64,000 nucleotides of DNA, from positions 1-64,000 of the forward strand of contig NZ_FZTC01000009.1 of NCBI RefSeq assembly GCF_900200035.1, written 5' to 3'. The notes beneath the pieces were generated by a model. That model did not search any database and was not told where the DNA came from. It saw only the letters and a list, made by a program, of their open reading frames with translations. Source of the stretch: Klebsiella grimontii (GTDB lineage Bacteria; Pseudomonadota; Gammaproteobacteria; Enterobacterales; Enterobacteriaceae). Shown here in pieces: positions 23,348 to 32,180 of the stretch (positions are counted from its first letter, which is position 1; each line of letters starts with the position of its first letter). Both the position numbers and the translations under genes were made by a program.

Positions 23348-23695
23348 CGTCACTGTCGGCTCCTGCACATTTGTGCAAATGAGAGAATGGCTGTCATGAT
23401 CTGATATAACCCCATCAGCGGCCCGCTTCAAAGAAATTTTCCTCTATTTCAAGAGGGTGTTCTGACCGTTTGTGTTGCACATTTGCTTTGCTGGCATGAG
23501 GTCGACGGCACGTTTGTGCCAGGCATGCTAACAGCCTGATTCTGCGTTATTTCGCTGAGTAAAGTTGCCGGGATCTCAAGAGTACACTTTTGTGTTGAAA
23601 GGCGGGGCAGATCACACTTAGCGCCAGGCGACGCGCGCGCGATTCTTTTTTATCGCCCGCAAGGTAGGGTATATTTCGCTTTTACAGGAGATTTT

Positions 23696-24568
23696 ATGCT
23701 GCCCGACTCATCAACCCGACTTAATAAATACATCAGCGAGAGCGGAATTTGCTCGCGCCGTGAAGCCGATCGCTTTATTGAACAAGGCAACGTTTTTATC
23801 AACGGCAAGCGCGCCACCATTGGCGACCAGGTTAAAGCTGGCGACGTGGTAAAGGTCAATGGCCGGTTGATTGAGCCGCGCGAAGCGGACGATCTGGTCC
23901 TGATTGCGCTGAATAAACCGGTTGGCATCGTCAGCACCACCGAAGACGGCGAGCGCGACAATATTGTGGATTTCGTTAACCACAGTAAACGCATTTTCCC
24001 AATCGGTCGTCTGGATAAAGACTCCCAGGGGCTGATCTTTCTGACCAACCATGGCGATCTGGTGAATAAGATCCTGCGCGCTGGTAACGATCACGAAAAA
24101 GAGTATCTGGTCACCGTTGATAAGCTAATAACCGATGAGTTTATCCGCGGTATGGGCGCGGGGGTACCGATTCTCGGCACGGTGACGAAGAAGTGCAAAG
24201 TGAAAAAAGAAGCGCCGTTTGTATTTCGCATCACCCTGGTGCAGGGGCTGAATCGCCAGATTCGCCGGATGTGCGAACACTTTGGCTATGAAGTGACGAA
24301 GCTTGAACGGACGCGGATCATGAACGTCAGCCTGACGGGGATCCCGCTGGGAGAGTGGCGCGATCTGACCGATGATGAGCTGATCGATCTCTTTAAACTG
24401 ATTGAGAGCTCGTCTTCAGAAGCGAAACCGAAGGCAAAAGCAAAGCCGAAAACGGCCGGCATCAAGCGCCCGGTGGTGGCGATTGAAAAAAGCGGCGAGA
24501 AATCTTCCCGCCCGGCGTCGAACGGCAAACGCTTTACCGCGCCGGGGCGCAGAAAGAAAGGGCGTTAA
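23696..24568 (+). CDS. rluF: 23S rRNA pseudouridine(2604) synthase
   Basis: 290 aa, near-identity to E. coli RluF ([26 protein letters not shown]…). Confidence 0.93.
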   Translation: MLPDSSTRLNKYISESGICSRREADRFIEQGNVFINGKRATIGDQVKAGDVVKVNGRLIEPREADDLVLIALNKPVGIVSTTEDGERDNIVDFVNHSKRIFPIGRLDKDSQGLIFLTNHGDLVNKILRAGNDHEKEYLVTVDKLITDEFIRGMGAGVPILGTVTKKCKVKKEAPFVFRITLVQGLNRQIRRMCEHFGYEVTKLERTRIMNVSLTGIPLGEWRDLTDDELIDLFKLIESSSSEAKPKAKAKPKTAGIKRPVVAIEKSGEKSSRPASNGKRFTAPGRRKKGR

Positions 24569-24837
24569 CGTCTGCCGCGGGTCGGCGTATTGGCCGACCA
24601 GGAAAACGAGGCCTCTGCATCCGGTTTGTATGCCTGCTTTTTCTTCAGCTGGCGGGCTTTTTTCGCCTCGGTTTCCCGCTGGAGCATCAGCTTATCGATG
24701 TACTCTTTTTTCACGCTATTGGTTTCCGCGTTAGTCAGCGGACGGCCGTGGGCGATGCGCGCGCGGTCGAGCAGGGTTTTCAGTTCTCGCTGTTCGCGCT
24801 CGGTCATCTCTTTTTGGGTGATGCGGGGGAGTGCCAT
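24565..24837 (-). CDS. yjbD: DUF3811 protein YjbD
   Basis: 90 aa, near-identity to E. coli YjbD ([36 protein letters not shown]…). Confidence 0.85.
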   Translation of the reverse strand: MALPRITQKEMTEREQRELKTLLDRARIAHGRPLTNAETNSVKKEYIDKLMLQRETEAKKARQLKKKQAYKPDAEASFSWSANTPTRGRR

Positions 24838-25023
24838 AGTCGTGCCCTCAGTTAGCCTATGGCTTCAGTGTACGGTATTGGGGCTGACGTCTCACGGTAA
24901 ATTATTGTGCCTCGCAGAAAATCCCTGAGGCGGTGCTGCGCACCTGTCCGGGCTACAAAACCCGCAAGCTGCACGGACCGTAGCCCGGCTAAGCGCAGCG
25001 CAAGCCGGGAAAATTACGGGTTG

Positions 25024-25965
25024 TTAGCTCTCTTTTACCGTTTTACGCGATTTATCAACAATAGGCTTTCCTGACCAGTAACCGGCCAGCAGCGAGCCGG
25101 ACAGGTTGTGCCAGACCGAGAACAGCGCGCCGGGCAGCGCGGCCAGCGGGCCAAAGTAGATTTTCCCCAGCGCGGCAGCAAGGCCGGAGTTCTGCATTCC
25201 CACCTCGATCGCCAGCGTGCGGCAGGTGGACTCGTCAAAGCCAAACAGCCGTCCGCCCCAGTAGCCGCCGAGCAGGCCGATGGTGTTATGCAGGATGACG
25301 GCGATAATCACCACAAAGCCTACGGAAGCGATATGCGACGCGGAACCGGCCACCACGGCGCAGATAATCGCCAGAATGCAGACCATCGAAAAGGCCGGCA
25401 GGAACGGCTCAACCGCCTTGACCACTTTCGGCAGCAGATGATGCACGACCAGCCCCAGCGCAATCGGGATCACCACGATTTGCAGAATGCTGAGCAGCAT
25501 CCCCATCACGTCCACCTGAATATGCGCATCTACGTACAGACGCGTCAGCAACGGCGTGGCGACCACACCGACCAGCGTGGAAACCGACGAGATGGTGACC
25601 GAAAGCGCGACATCGCCTTTTGCCAGAAAGATCATCACGTTGGATGCCGTACCGCTGGCGACGCTGCCGACCAGCACCATCCCGGCGGAGAGCTCCGGCG
25701 GCATATGAAAAATCAGCGCCAGCAGCCAGGCGGCGAGGGGCATCACCAGGTAGTGGAGAAAAATGCCTGCGGCGACCGGCGCGGGGCGGGAAAGCACGCG
25801 CTTAAAATCGTCGACTTTCAGGTGCACGCCCATACCGAACATAATCAGCATCAGCAGCGTCGGGACCCACGGGCCAACGGGAGTGAAAGTGGATGGCGTG
25901 TAATAGGCGATAACCGAGAGCAGCAGCGCCCATAATGGGAACAGCCGCGTAAGCGTGGCGAGCAT
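25024..25965 (-). CDS. bile acid:sodium symporter (BASS) family transporter
   Basis: 313-aa polytopic membrane protein with BASS-family topology/motifs; not present at this position in E. coli K-12. Confidence 0.7.
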   Translation of the reverse strand: MLATLTRLFPLWALLLSVIAYYTPSTFTPVGPWVPTLLMLIMFGMGVHLKVDDFKRVLSRPAPVAAGIFLHYLVMPLAAWLLALIFHMPPELSAGMVLVGSVASGTASNVMIFLAKGDVALSVTISSVSTLVGVVATPLLTRLYVDAHIQVDVMGMLLSILQIVVIPIALGLVVHHLLPKVVKAVEPFLPAFSMVCILAIICAVVAGSASHIASVGFVVIIAVILHNTIGLLGGYWGGRLFGFDESTCRTLAIEVGMQNSGLAAALGKIYFGPLAALPGALFSVWHNLSGSLLAGYWSGKPIVDKSRKTVKES

Positions 25966-26076
25966 GTTGTTTTCCTTGCACGTAAGTTGTGTTTGCTTGT
26001 TATAGACCGGCCGGGATCGAGCCCGGCCATCGCTATTGTTTATCGTGCTAAGACATATTATTCAAACAAATTATGC

Positions 26077-27657
26077 TCATGTTCCGCTGCGGACGATCTC
26101 CCAACTGAGTCCGAAGCGCGCTAAATACTTGCGCAGACGGTCGGCATCGTTGGGATTGGCCTTTTTCTGCCGGGAGACGGCGAACAGCTCGCGTCCGGCT
26201 TCGGAGAGCGAAGCGCTGCGTTGGCAGACCGCCAGCACCGTTTCCAGCTGGCGGCGATCGAACAGATCGATTTCCATCGCAATATCAGGAGAAGATGTCG
26301 TGAGCTGCCAGCTCGCTTTCAGCAGCATTATCTCCTCTTCCGCAACGGCCAGCGTAATGCGCCCCTGCTCGGCCAGGGTCGCCATGCGCGTCACGGACGA
26401 ACTAAGTTCGCGGAAATTGCCGCGCCATTGCGCCTGCGGCGAGCAGGCAAAGGCCAGATAGCGCTCGCGGGCGTCTTTATCGAAGCGGATCTGCGTCTGC
26501 CGCTCGTTGGCCAGTCGGCGTAATTCATACTCCACGTTCGGCGCAATATCTTCCCGCCGCTGCGCCAGGCCGGGGAGGGCAAAGCGCCACATATTGATGC
26601 GCGCATAAAGATCTTCGCGAAAGCGCCCCTCTGCCACCCACTGCTGCATATCGCGATGCGTGCCGGCGATCAGCTGGAAGTCGCTGTGCACCTCTTTATC
26701 CGAGCCAAACGGAAAAAAGGTTTTTTCTTCGATGGCCTTCAGCAGCATGGCCTGCTCATCCAGCCCCAGCTCGGCGATTTCATCGAGAAACAGTACGCCG
26801 CCGTCGGCTTCGCGTAATAGCCCGGCGCGAGGCGTCACCGCGCCGGTAAACGCGCCTTTGACATGGCCAAACAGCGTGGACATGGCGTTATCGCCGCGCA
26901 GCGTGGCGCAGTTCACCGCCATGAATTTTCCCGCCACCCGATGCCGCGACTGACGAAGCTGAAAAATACGTTTGGCGAGGACGGATTTACCAGCGCCCGT
27001 TGGGCCGGTAAGCAGGATCGGATCGGTCGATCGGATCGCCACGCGCTCAATACGATCGATAAGCGCGTTGAACGTCGCGTTCCGCGTCTCGATGCCTGCC
27101 TTCAGGAAGGAGACGGACTGCTGCTGCTCGCGCTGAAAGCGGCTGGTGAGCGCCGTATAGCGGCTTAAGTCCAGATCGATCACCGAGTAAATACCGGCGG
27201 CGACGGCTTCATCCGCTGCGCTTTTCGGCGCAGGGCTGGTCTGCAGCAGGCTGGCGGGGAGGTAGCGCGCTTCGGTCAGTAGGAACCAGCAGATCTGCGC
27301 CACGTGGGTCCCGGTGGTGATATGCACCAGATACTCTTCGTTTTCGGTATCAAAGCGATAGCGGTTGGCAAAGTCGAGAAACGCCGCGTAGACCTCTTCA
27401 AAATCCCAGGGATCGTTTATCTCAACCGTATGCGGGCGCACTTCGGTATGCGGCGAAAGCTGGGCGATATCGTCAATCAGCTTTTGCGCCATGCTTTCAT
27501 CACGCGGCTGGTGGAGGAGCTCCAGCCGGTCGACGGGAAAATCGGCCTGCTGGCATAGCCCCACGGTGGGCCGCCATTTTTTAAAGCGGTTCGCTCGCTT
27601 GCCGCGTTTATCCAGTACCGTTCCGAGGACGCCTATCACCACTCGCCGCTTTTTCAT
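26077..27657 (-). CDS. rtcR: sigma-54-dependent transcriptional activator RtcR (N-terminal CARF domain, AAA+ sigma-54 interaction domain, C-terminal HTH)
   Basis: Full-length collinear similarity to E. coli RtcR as recalled (…WRPTLCLCQQ…ELHNPWDFEEVYA…HITTGTHVAQICWFLLAEARYLPA…GAFTGA…ESFLA/GAFTGA motifs, LLxGPTGAGKS Walker A); start at MKKRRVVIGV. Confidence 0.9.
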   Translation of the reverse strand: MKKRRVVIGVLGTVLDKRGKRANRFKKWRPTVGLCQQADFPVDRLELLHQPRDESMAQKLIDDIAQLSPHTEVRPHTVEINDPWDFEEVYAAFLDFANRYRFDTENEEYLVHITTGTHVAQICWFLLTEARYLPASLLQTSPAPKSAADEAVAAGIYSVIDLDLSRYTALTSRFQREQQQSVSFLKAGIETRNATFNALIDRIERVAIRSTDPILLTGPTGAGKSVLAKRIFQLRQSRHRVAGKFMAVNCATLRGDNAMSTLFGHVKGAFTGAVTPRAGLLREADGGVLFLDEIAELGLDEQAMLLKAIEEKTFFPFGSDKEVHSDFQLIAGTHRDMQQWVAEGRFREDLYARINMWRFALPGLAQRREDIAPNVEYELRRLANERQTQIRFDKDARERYLAFACSPQAQWRGNFRELSSSVTRMATLAEQGRITLAVAEEEIMLLKASWQLTTSSPDIAMEIDLFDRRQLETVLAVCQRSASLSEAGRELFAVSRQKKANPNDADRLRKYLARFGLSWEIVRSGT

Positions 27658-27792
27658 GTTTATCCCAAAAGATAAGTATCGATATTTCAAGATAAAAAAA
27701 CCTGCTGGCGTGAGCAAGCGTCACGGTGTGCTTTAAAAATAAAAACTTTACTAATTAATTAGTTAAAAAATAACTTTCGCCATTTTTGTTTT

Positions 27793-27808
27793 TGGCACGC
27801 ATCTGGCA
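27793..27808 (+). promoter_or_regulatory. sigma-54 (-24/-12) promoter driving SPFH-nucleotidyltransferase operon
   Basis: TGGCACgcatcTGGCA: GG and GC with canonical 11-nt spacing (consensus TGGCAC-N5-TTGCA, one mismatch in the -12 block); located divergent from rtcR exactly as rtcBA promoter is in E. coli. Confidence 0.7.
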
Positions 27809-27905
27809 ATAGTCCTTTCGTCACGATGCTGAAGACGCAGGGGATTAAACCCCGCCGGCACGCCAGGAACGGTACAGACCGTTTTTCGGGCGCGTTCTGT
27901 CAGCC

Positions 27906-27944
27906 GATGACCACCAATGGGTTCGATTCCCGATTTCATCTCCA
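27906..27944 (+). ncRNA. candidate tRNA-like minihelix (T-arm + acceptor-like stem + CCA) inside the sigma-54 transcribed leader
   Basis: gatga-ccaccaa-[tggGTTCGATTCCcga]-tt-tcatc-tCCA: the 11-mer GGTTCGATTCC is the canonical tRNA T-stem/loop; flanking 5-bp helix gatga/tcatc then N-CCA mimics acceptor stem, discriminator and CCA end; no full cloverleaf. Confidence 0.35.
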
Positions 27945-28104
27945 ATGAAAACTGGTTGTTAATCATAAAAACACAACGGGGTTGTGCGCAGTCGGCACTC
28001 CCCAAAGCAGGCCGCCGGTAAAGGCGCCGTGCCGCAGGCAAAAGGGAGTTCCCCTGCGGCTCCGCCCCTGCACCCGCGCCTGATTAACTGTTAAGGAATA
28101 AAAA

Positions 28105-29232
28105 ATGACGAAAAAAATTACGGTACGTAAAGGTCAGCTTGGCCTTTTATCCCGCCAGGGTGACTACTATCAGGTTCTGGAAGCAGGCGAGCACCGCCTG
28201 CCGTGGTTCAACGTTCCTGACGTGCTGATCGTAAACCGGGACGGCAGCGAGGTGCCGGAAGCGCTGGCGGAGTATTTACGGCGCTTTCAGCCTGAATGGG
28301 TTGAACGCTACTGCCTGGCGGCGGATTTGACGGATATCGAAACCGGGGCGCTGTATGCCAACGGTGTGCTGCAGGACATTTTACCGCCTTCGACGCGCCG
28401 GCTGTACTGGTCCGCCGGTGACGAGATGCGGCTGCTACGTATCGATACCCGCCAGGTTGAGGTTCCGGCTGACATCATGAATGCGGTGCTGCAGCCGCGA
28501 CGTCACGGGGCGGTAAAAGGCCGCGAAGCGATCCTCACCGTATCGGTGCCGGCGTGGCACGTCGGGGTGCTGAAAATCGACGGCGAGACACAATCGCTGC
28601 TGCAGCCTGGCCTGAGCGCGTACTGGAAGGTCAATCATCTGGTGGAAGCGGAAGTGGTCGATACCCGCCTGCAGGTGCTGGAGGTTGGCGGCCAGGAGAT
28701 TCTGACCAAAGATAAAGTGAACCTGCGTTTAAATCTGGCGGCGAACTGGCGCTACAGCGATGTGCTGCAGGCGTTCGGACAGCTGACGAAGCCGCTGGAT
28801 CATCTGTATCGCGAGCTGCAGTTTGCGCTGCGTGAAGCCGTCGGGACGCGAACGCTGGACGAGCTGCTGGAAGATAAGAAAATCATCGATGAGGTGGTGA
28901 GCGCGCAGGTTACCGAGCGCATGGCGGCATTTGGCATCGACGTCGCCTCGCTGGGCGTGAAGGATATTGTGCTGCCCGGCGACATGAAAGCCATTCTGTC
29001 GCAGCTGGTGGAAGCGGAGAAATCGGCGCAGGCGAATGTGATCCGCCGCCGTGAAGAGACCGCGGCGACCCGTTCGCTGCTCAACACCGCGAAGGTGATG
29101 GAAAATAACCCTGTCGCGCTGCGCTTAAAAGAGCTGGAAACGCTGGAAAGAGTGGCGGAACGTATCGATAAAATCTCGGTCTTTGGCGGTCTGGACCAGG
29201 TGCTGCATGGCCTGGTGAATCTAAAAGGATAA
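28105..29232 (+). CDS. SPFH/band-7 (stomatin/prohibitin/flotillin/HflKC)-domain protein, no N-terminal TM segment
   Basis: 375 aa; C-terminal region (…ASLGVKDIVLPGDMKAILSQLVEAEKSAQANVIRRREETAATRSLLNTAKVM…) has typical SPFH + coiled-coil character; strong AGGAATAA-N-ATG RBS context; stop overlaps next gene. Confidence 0.65.
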   Translation: MTKKITVRKGQLGLLSRQGDYYQVLEAGEHRLPWFNVPDVLIVNRDGSEVPEALAEYLRRFQPEWVERYCLAADLTDIETGALYANGVLQDILPPSTRRLYWSAGDEMRLLRIDTRQVEVPADIMNAVLQPRRHGAVKGREAILTVSVPAWHVGVLKIDGETQSLLQPGLSAYWKVNHLVEAEVVDTRLQVLEVGGQEILTKDKVNLRLNLAANWRYSDVLQAFGQLTKPLDHLYRELQFALREAVGTRTLDELLEDKKIIDEVVSAQVTERMAAFGIDVASLGVKDIVLPGDMKAILSQLVEAEKSAQANVIRRREETAATRSLLNTAKVMENNPVALRLKELETLERVAERIDKISVFGGLDQVLHGLVNLKG

Positions 29233-30026
29233 TGAAAATGACGTATCACGGTGTGAATGCCGCTATGCGCCATAAGGTGCAACGGCAGTTAACGGACGTG
29301 GAGCGGCGCTACGGCGTCAGAGTGCTCTACGCCTGTGAATCCGGTAGCCGAGGCTGGGGCTTTGCCTCGCCGGACAGCGATTATGATGTGCGGTTTCTCT
29401 ACGTTCACCCGCTGGAGTGGTATCTGCGGGTGGACGCGCCGCGCGATGTTATCGAGCTGCCCATCGCCGATGAGCTGGACGTCTGCGGCTGGGAGTGGCG
29501 CAAAGCGCTGGGTCTGCTGAAAGGGGCGAATCCGACGCTGATTGAATGGTTGGATTCACCGGTGGTGTATCGGCAGGATGACGCGACGGTTAAGGCGCTT
29601 AAAAAACTCATCCCGCATTGGTTTTCTCCGGTACGCGCCCGCTGGCATTACTACTCGATGGCCAGGAAAAATTTTCGCGGCTATCTGCAAGGCGAACACG
29701 TGCGGCTGAAAAAGTACTTTTACGTACTGCGCCCGCTGCTGGCCGTCCGCTGGGTTGAGGCGGGAAAAGGCGTACCGCCGATGCGCTTTGATCAACTGCT
29801 GGCGGGAAGCGAGCTGGAAACGGGGCTGCGTGAGGAAATAAACGCGCTGCTGGAACGTAAACAACGTGCGGGAGAGGCGGAGTACGGCCCGCGGCGACCA
29901 TTACTGCATGCGTTTATTCAGTCCGAGCTGCTCAGAGGCGCGATCCCTCCCGCGCTGCCGGATAGCCGGACAGGGGATATTAGGGAGTTGGACAGATTGC
30001 TGATGACCACGGTGATGGGGAACTAA
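29232..30026 (+). CDS. Pol-beta-superfamily nucleotidyltransferase (kanamycin-nucleotidyltransferase-like fold; COG3541-type predicted NTase)
   Basis: 264 aa; minimal NTase signature GSRGWGFASPDSDYDVRF (G[GS]…D-x-D) near N-terminus plus helical C-terminal domain; translationally coupled (TAATG) to upstream SPFH gene. Confidence 0.65.
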   Translation: MKMTYHGVNAAMRHKVQRQLTDVERRYGVRVLYACESGSRGWGFASPDSDYDVRFLYVHPLEWYLRVDAPRDVIELPIADELDVCGWEWRKALGLLKGANPTLIEWLDSPVVYRQDDATVKALKKLIPHWFSPVRARWHYYSMARKNFRGYLQGEHVRLKKYFYVLRPLLAVRWVEAGKGVPPMRFDQLLAGSELETGLREEINALLERKQRAGEAEYGPRRPLLHAFIQSELLRGAIPPALPDSRTGDIRELDRLLMTTVMGN

Positions 30027-30060
30027 AAATGGCCCGGCAGAAATGACGGGCCATTTTTTC
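30027..30060. terminator. bidirectional hairpin terminator between NTase gene and lysC
   Basis: aaaatggcccg…cgggccatttttt inverted repeat flanked by A/T tracts on both sides. Confidence 0.65.
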
Positions 30061-30064
30061 GCCA

Positions 30065-31414
30065 TTACTCGAACAGATTATGATGCAGCTTCTGCACCAC
30101 TTTTTCGGCATCCGCTCCCGGCACCAGGAAGCACAGGTTGTGGCTGGATGCGCCATAGCAAATCATTCGAATGTTGAACGGATCCAGCACGCCAAACACC
30201 TCTTTACCGACGCCGCACGCTTTCGACAGCTCATTACCAATGATGGCGACCAGCGCCAGATCCTGCTCGACCTCAACCCGGCACAGAGAGGAAAGTTCGG
30301 TCAACAGCCCTTGGGTGAGCAGGGTATCGCCAGCTGACGTTGAACCGGTGGTATCCATGGTTAGCGCCACGCTCACTTCCGACGTGGTGATCAGATCGAC
30401 GGAGATGCTGTGACGCGCCAGAATACTAAACACTTCGGCCAGAAAACCACGCGAGTGCAGCATATTCAGGCTGTGCAGGGTTAGCAGCGTCTGCTTGCGG
30501 CGCAGCGCCAGCGCGCGGAACAGCGGCGGGTTTTTGGTGTTTTTGCACACCAGCGTGCCGCCGGCCTTCGGCTCTTTGCTGGAGCCGACGAATACCGGAA
30601 TATCGCTGCGCACGGCGGGGAGCAGGGTGGCCGGATGCAGGACCTTCGCGCCAAAGGTCGCCATTTCCGCCGCTTCTTCAAAAGCGATAACGTCAATGCG
30701 TTTGGCTGCCGGCGCGACGCGCGGGTCGGTGGTGTAGATACCAGGAACATCGGTCCAGATATCGACGCGGGTGGCGTTTAGCGCTTCGCCGAGCAGCGCG
30801 GCGGTATAGTCGCTGCCGCCGCGGCCCAGGGTAGTGGTACGGCCTTTGGCTTCGCTGCCGATAAAGCCCTGGGTGATCACCAGCCCTTCCGCAAGGCGCG
30901 GGGTCAGCTGCTGCTGGGTTAATTCAGATAAGGCGGCGATATCCGGTTCCGCGCGGCCAAAGCGGTCGTTGGTGCGCATAATTTTGCGTACGTCGAACCA
31001 CTGGGCGGCGATACCGCGCTCGCGCAGGATCTCGACAAACAGCAGGGTAGACATCAGTTCGCCGTGGCTGACCAGCTCGTCGGTTAACGCGGTTGAACTG
31101 GCCAGGGAGGCAGCTTCCGCCAGGGTGGTGATGTTTTCCAGCAGGCGCTCTATTTCATCGCGGATCACGTTCGGATAGCGCAGACGCTCCAGAATATTGA
31201 ACTGGATTTGACGCATGGCATCGAGTTTCGCGAAACGTTCGCCGGGTTCCAGCCCTTCCGCTAATGCGACCAGCAGGTTGGTCACGCCCGCTGAGGCGGA
31301 AAGCACCACCACGCGGGTATTGGCATCCAACAGCGCGACGTCTACGCTGCGGTTCATGGCATCAAAATCGGCAACGCTGGTGCCGCCGAACTTGGCTACA
31401 ACTAAATCTGTCAT
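30065..31414 (-). CDS. lysC: lysine-sensitive aspartokinase III
   Basis: 449 aa, near-identity to E. coli LysC (M…VVSKFGGTSVADFDAMNRSA…). Confidence 0.95.
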   Translation of the reverse strand: MTDLVVAKFGGTSVADFDAMNRSVDVALLDANTRVVVLSASAGVTNLLVALAEGLEPGERFAKLDAMRQIQFNILERLRYPNVIRDEIERLLENITTLAEAASLASSTALTDELVSHGELMSTLLFVEILRERGIAAQWFDVRKIMRTNDRFGRAEPDIAALSELTQQQLTPRLAEGLVITQGFIGSEAKGRTTTLGRGGSDYTAALLGEALNATRVDIWTDVPGIYTTDPRVAPAAKRIDVIAFEEAAEMATFGAKVLHPATLLPAVRSDIPVFVGSSKEPKAGGTLVCKNTKNPPLFRALALRRKQTLLTLHSLNMLHSRGFLAEVFSILARHSISVDLITTSEVSVALTMDTTGSTSAGDTLLTQGLLTELSSLCRVEVEQDLALVAIIGNELSKACGVGKEVFGVLDPFNIRMICYGASSHNLCFLVPGADAEKVVQKLHHNLFE

Positions 31415-31539
31415 AACAACCTCGTGTCAGGGGGCCTGACTTATTAAAACGATTCCAGAAAACCAATCCTGGCGGGGCTGGACGCAACCGGATTGCAATA
31501 AAATGTCTTAATAAGCCAGGCCAAATTATTCAGCCATGG

Positions 31540-31840
31540 CACAAGGGAAGAGCGAAAAACAGGGTGGGCGCAGAGCGATAAACAAACTACGATGTCACCC
31601 AGAAGTGCTCCACCTTGTAGACCCGCTTGCCGATGCTTTGTATCAGCTGGCGAGTATGAAACGCCCGACTGCGAACGTTTCTGGTGACAACCCAGGGGAT
31701 TCAGCCCCTGTGGCCGGTGATGAGCGTAACCAGACGCTTATTCACCTCGGCGTTGCTCCCCCTCACGTATTTTCCCCGGACTGGCTCCTCCAATACGGTT
31801 ACCTGGGCAACGCACCTCTTCTGGCAATTACCGACGTCTT
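31540..31840 (-). ncRNA. lysine riboswitch (L-box) in lysC 5' leader
   Basis: Reverse complement reads CCAGAAGAGGTGCGTTGCCCAGGTAACCGTATTGGAGGAGCCAGTCCGGGGAAAATACGTGAGGGGGAGCAACGCCGAGGTG… which matches the E. coli lysC leader riboswitch core (AGAGGCGC…GGTGTTGGAGGAGCCAGTCC…GAGGGGG…GCCGAGGTG) as recalled. Confidence 0.8.
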
Positions 31841-32180
31841 TCACTTTGCCAGGGGGACGCGGGACATTATACCCCCCTGCAATACCCTTTCGCTGTAGCG
31901 TGAAATGCGCGATCCATACATACCTACGTATACGTAAATACTGCCGTTATATAAAGGCTTCAGGCGAAGTATGTCAACGTCAGGGTTATGCGGATTTTTC
32001 ATGGGCGGGTCGCTGACAGAAAAAAGCCTTATGATGTCTATACTATCAGGGGCGTTTTGCGCCAAATCGGTCCAATTTCTGACGCGTATCATCGGCATAA
32101 CATAAAAATCATCACAATTTTTCGTCACCGGCGCTACAATCGACCGCAGTCACAATTCTCAAATCAGAAGAGTATTGCTA

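Noticed and set aside
27733-27785. AT-rich tract between rtcR start and the sigma-54 promoter, considered as an IHF site or UAS
   Set aside because: No clear WATCAANNNNTTR IHF core or obvious inverted-repeat enhancer was identifiable by eye. It may simply be the rtcR sigma-70 promoter region.
27763-28041. 92-aa minus-strand ORF within the rtcR/SPFH intergenic leader
   Set aside because: Lies antisense across the sigma-54 promoter and the structured leader. No RBS and no homology. The region is better explained as 5' UTR / ncRNA.
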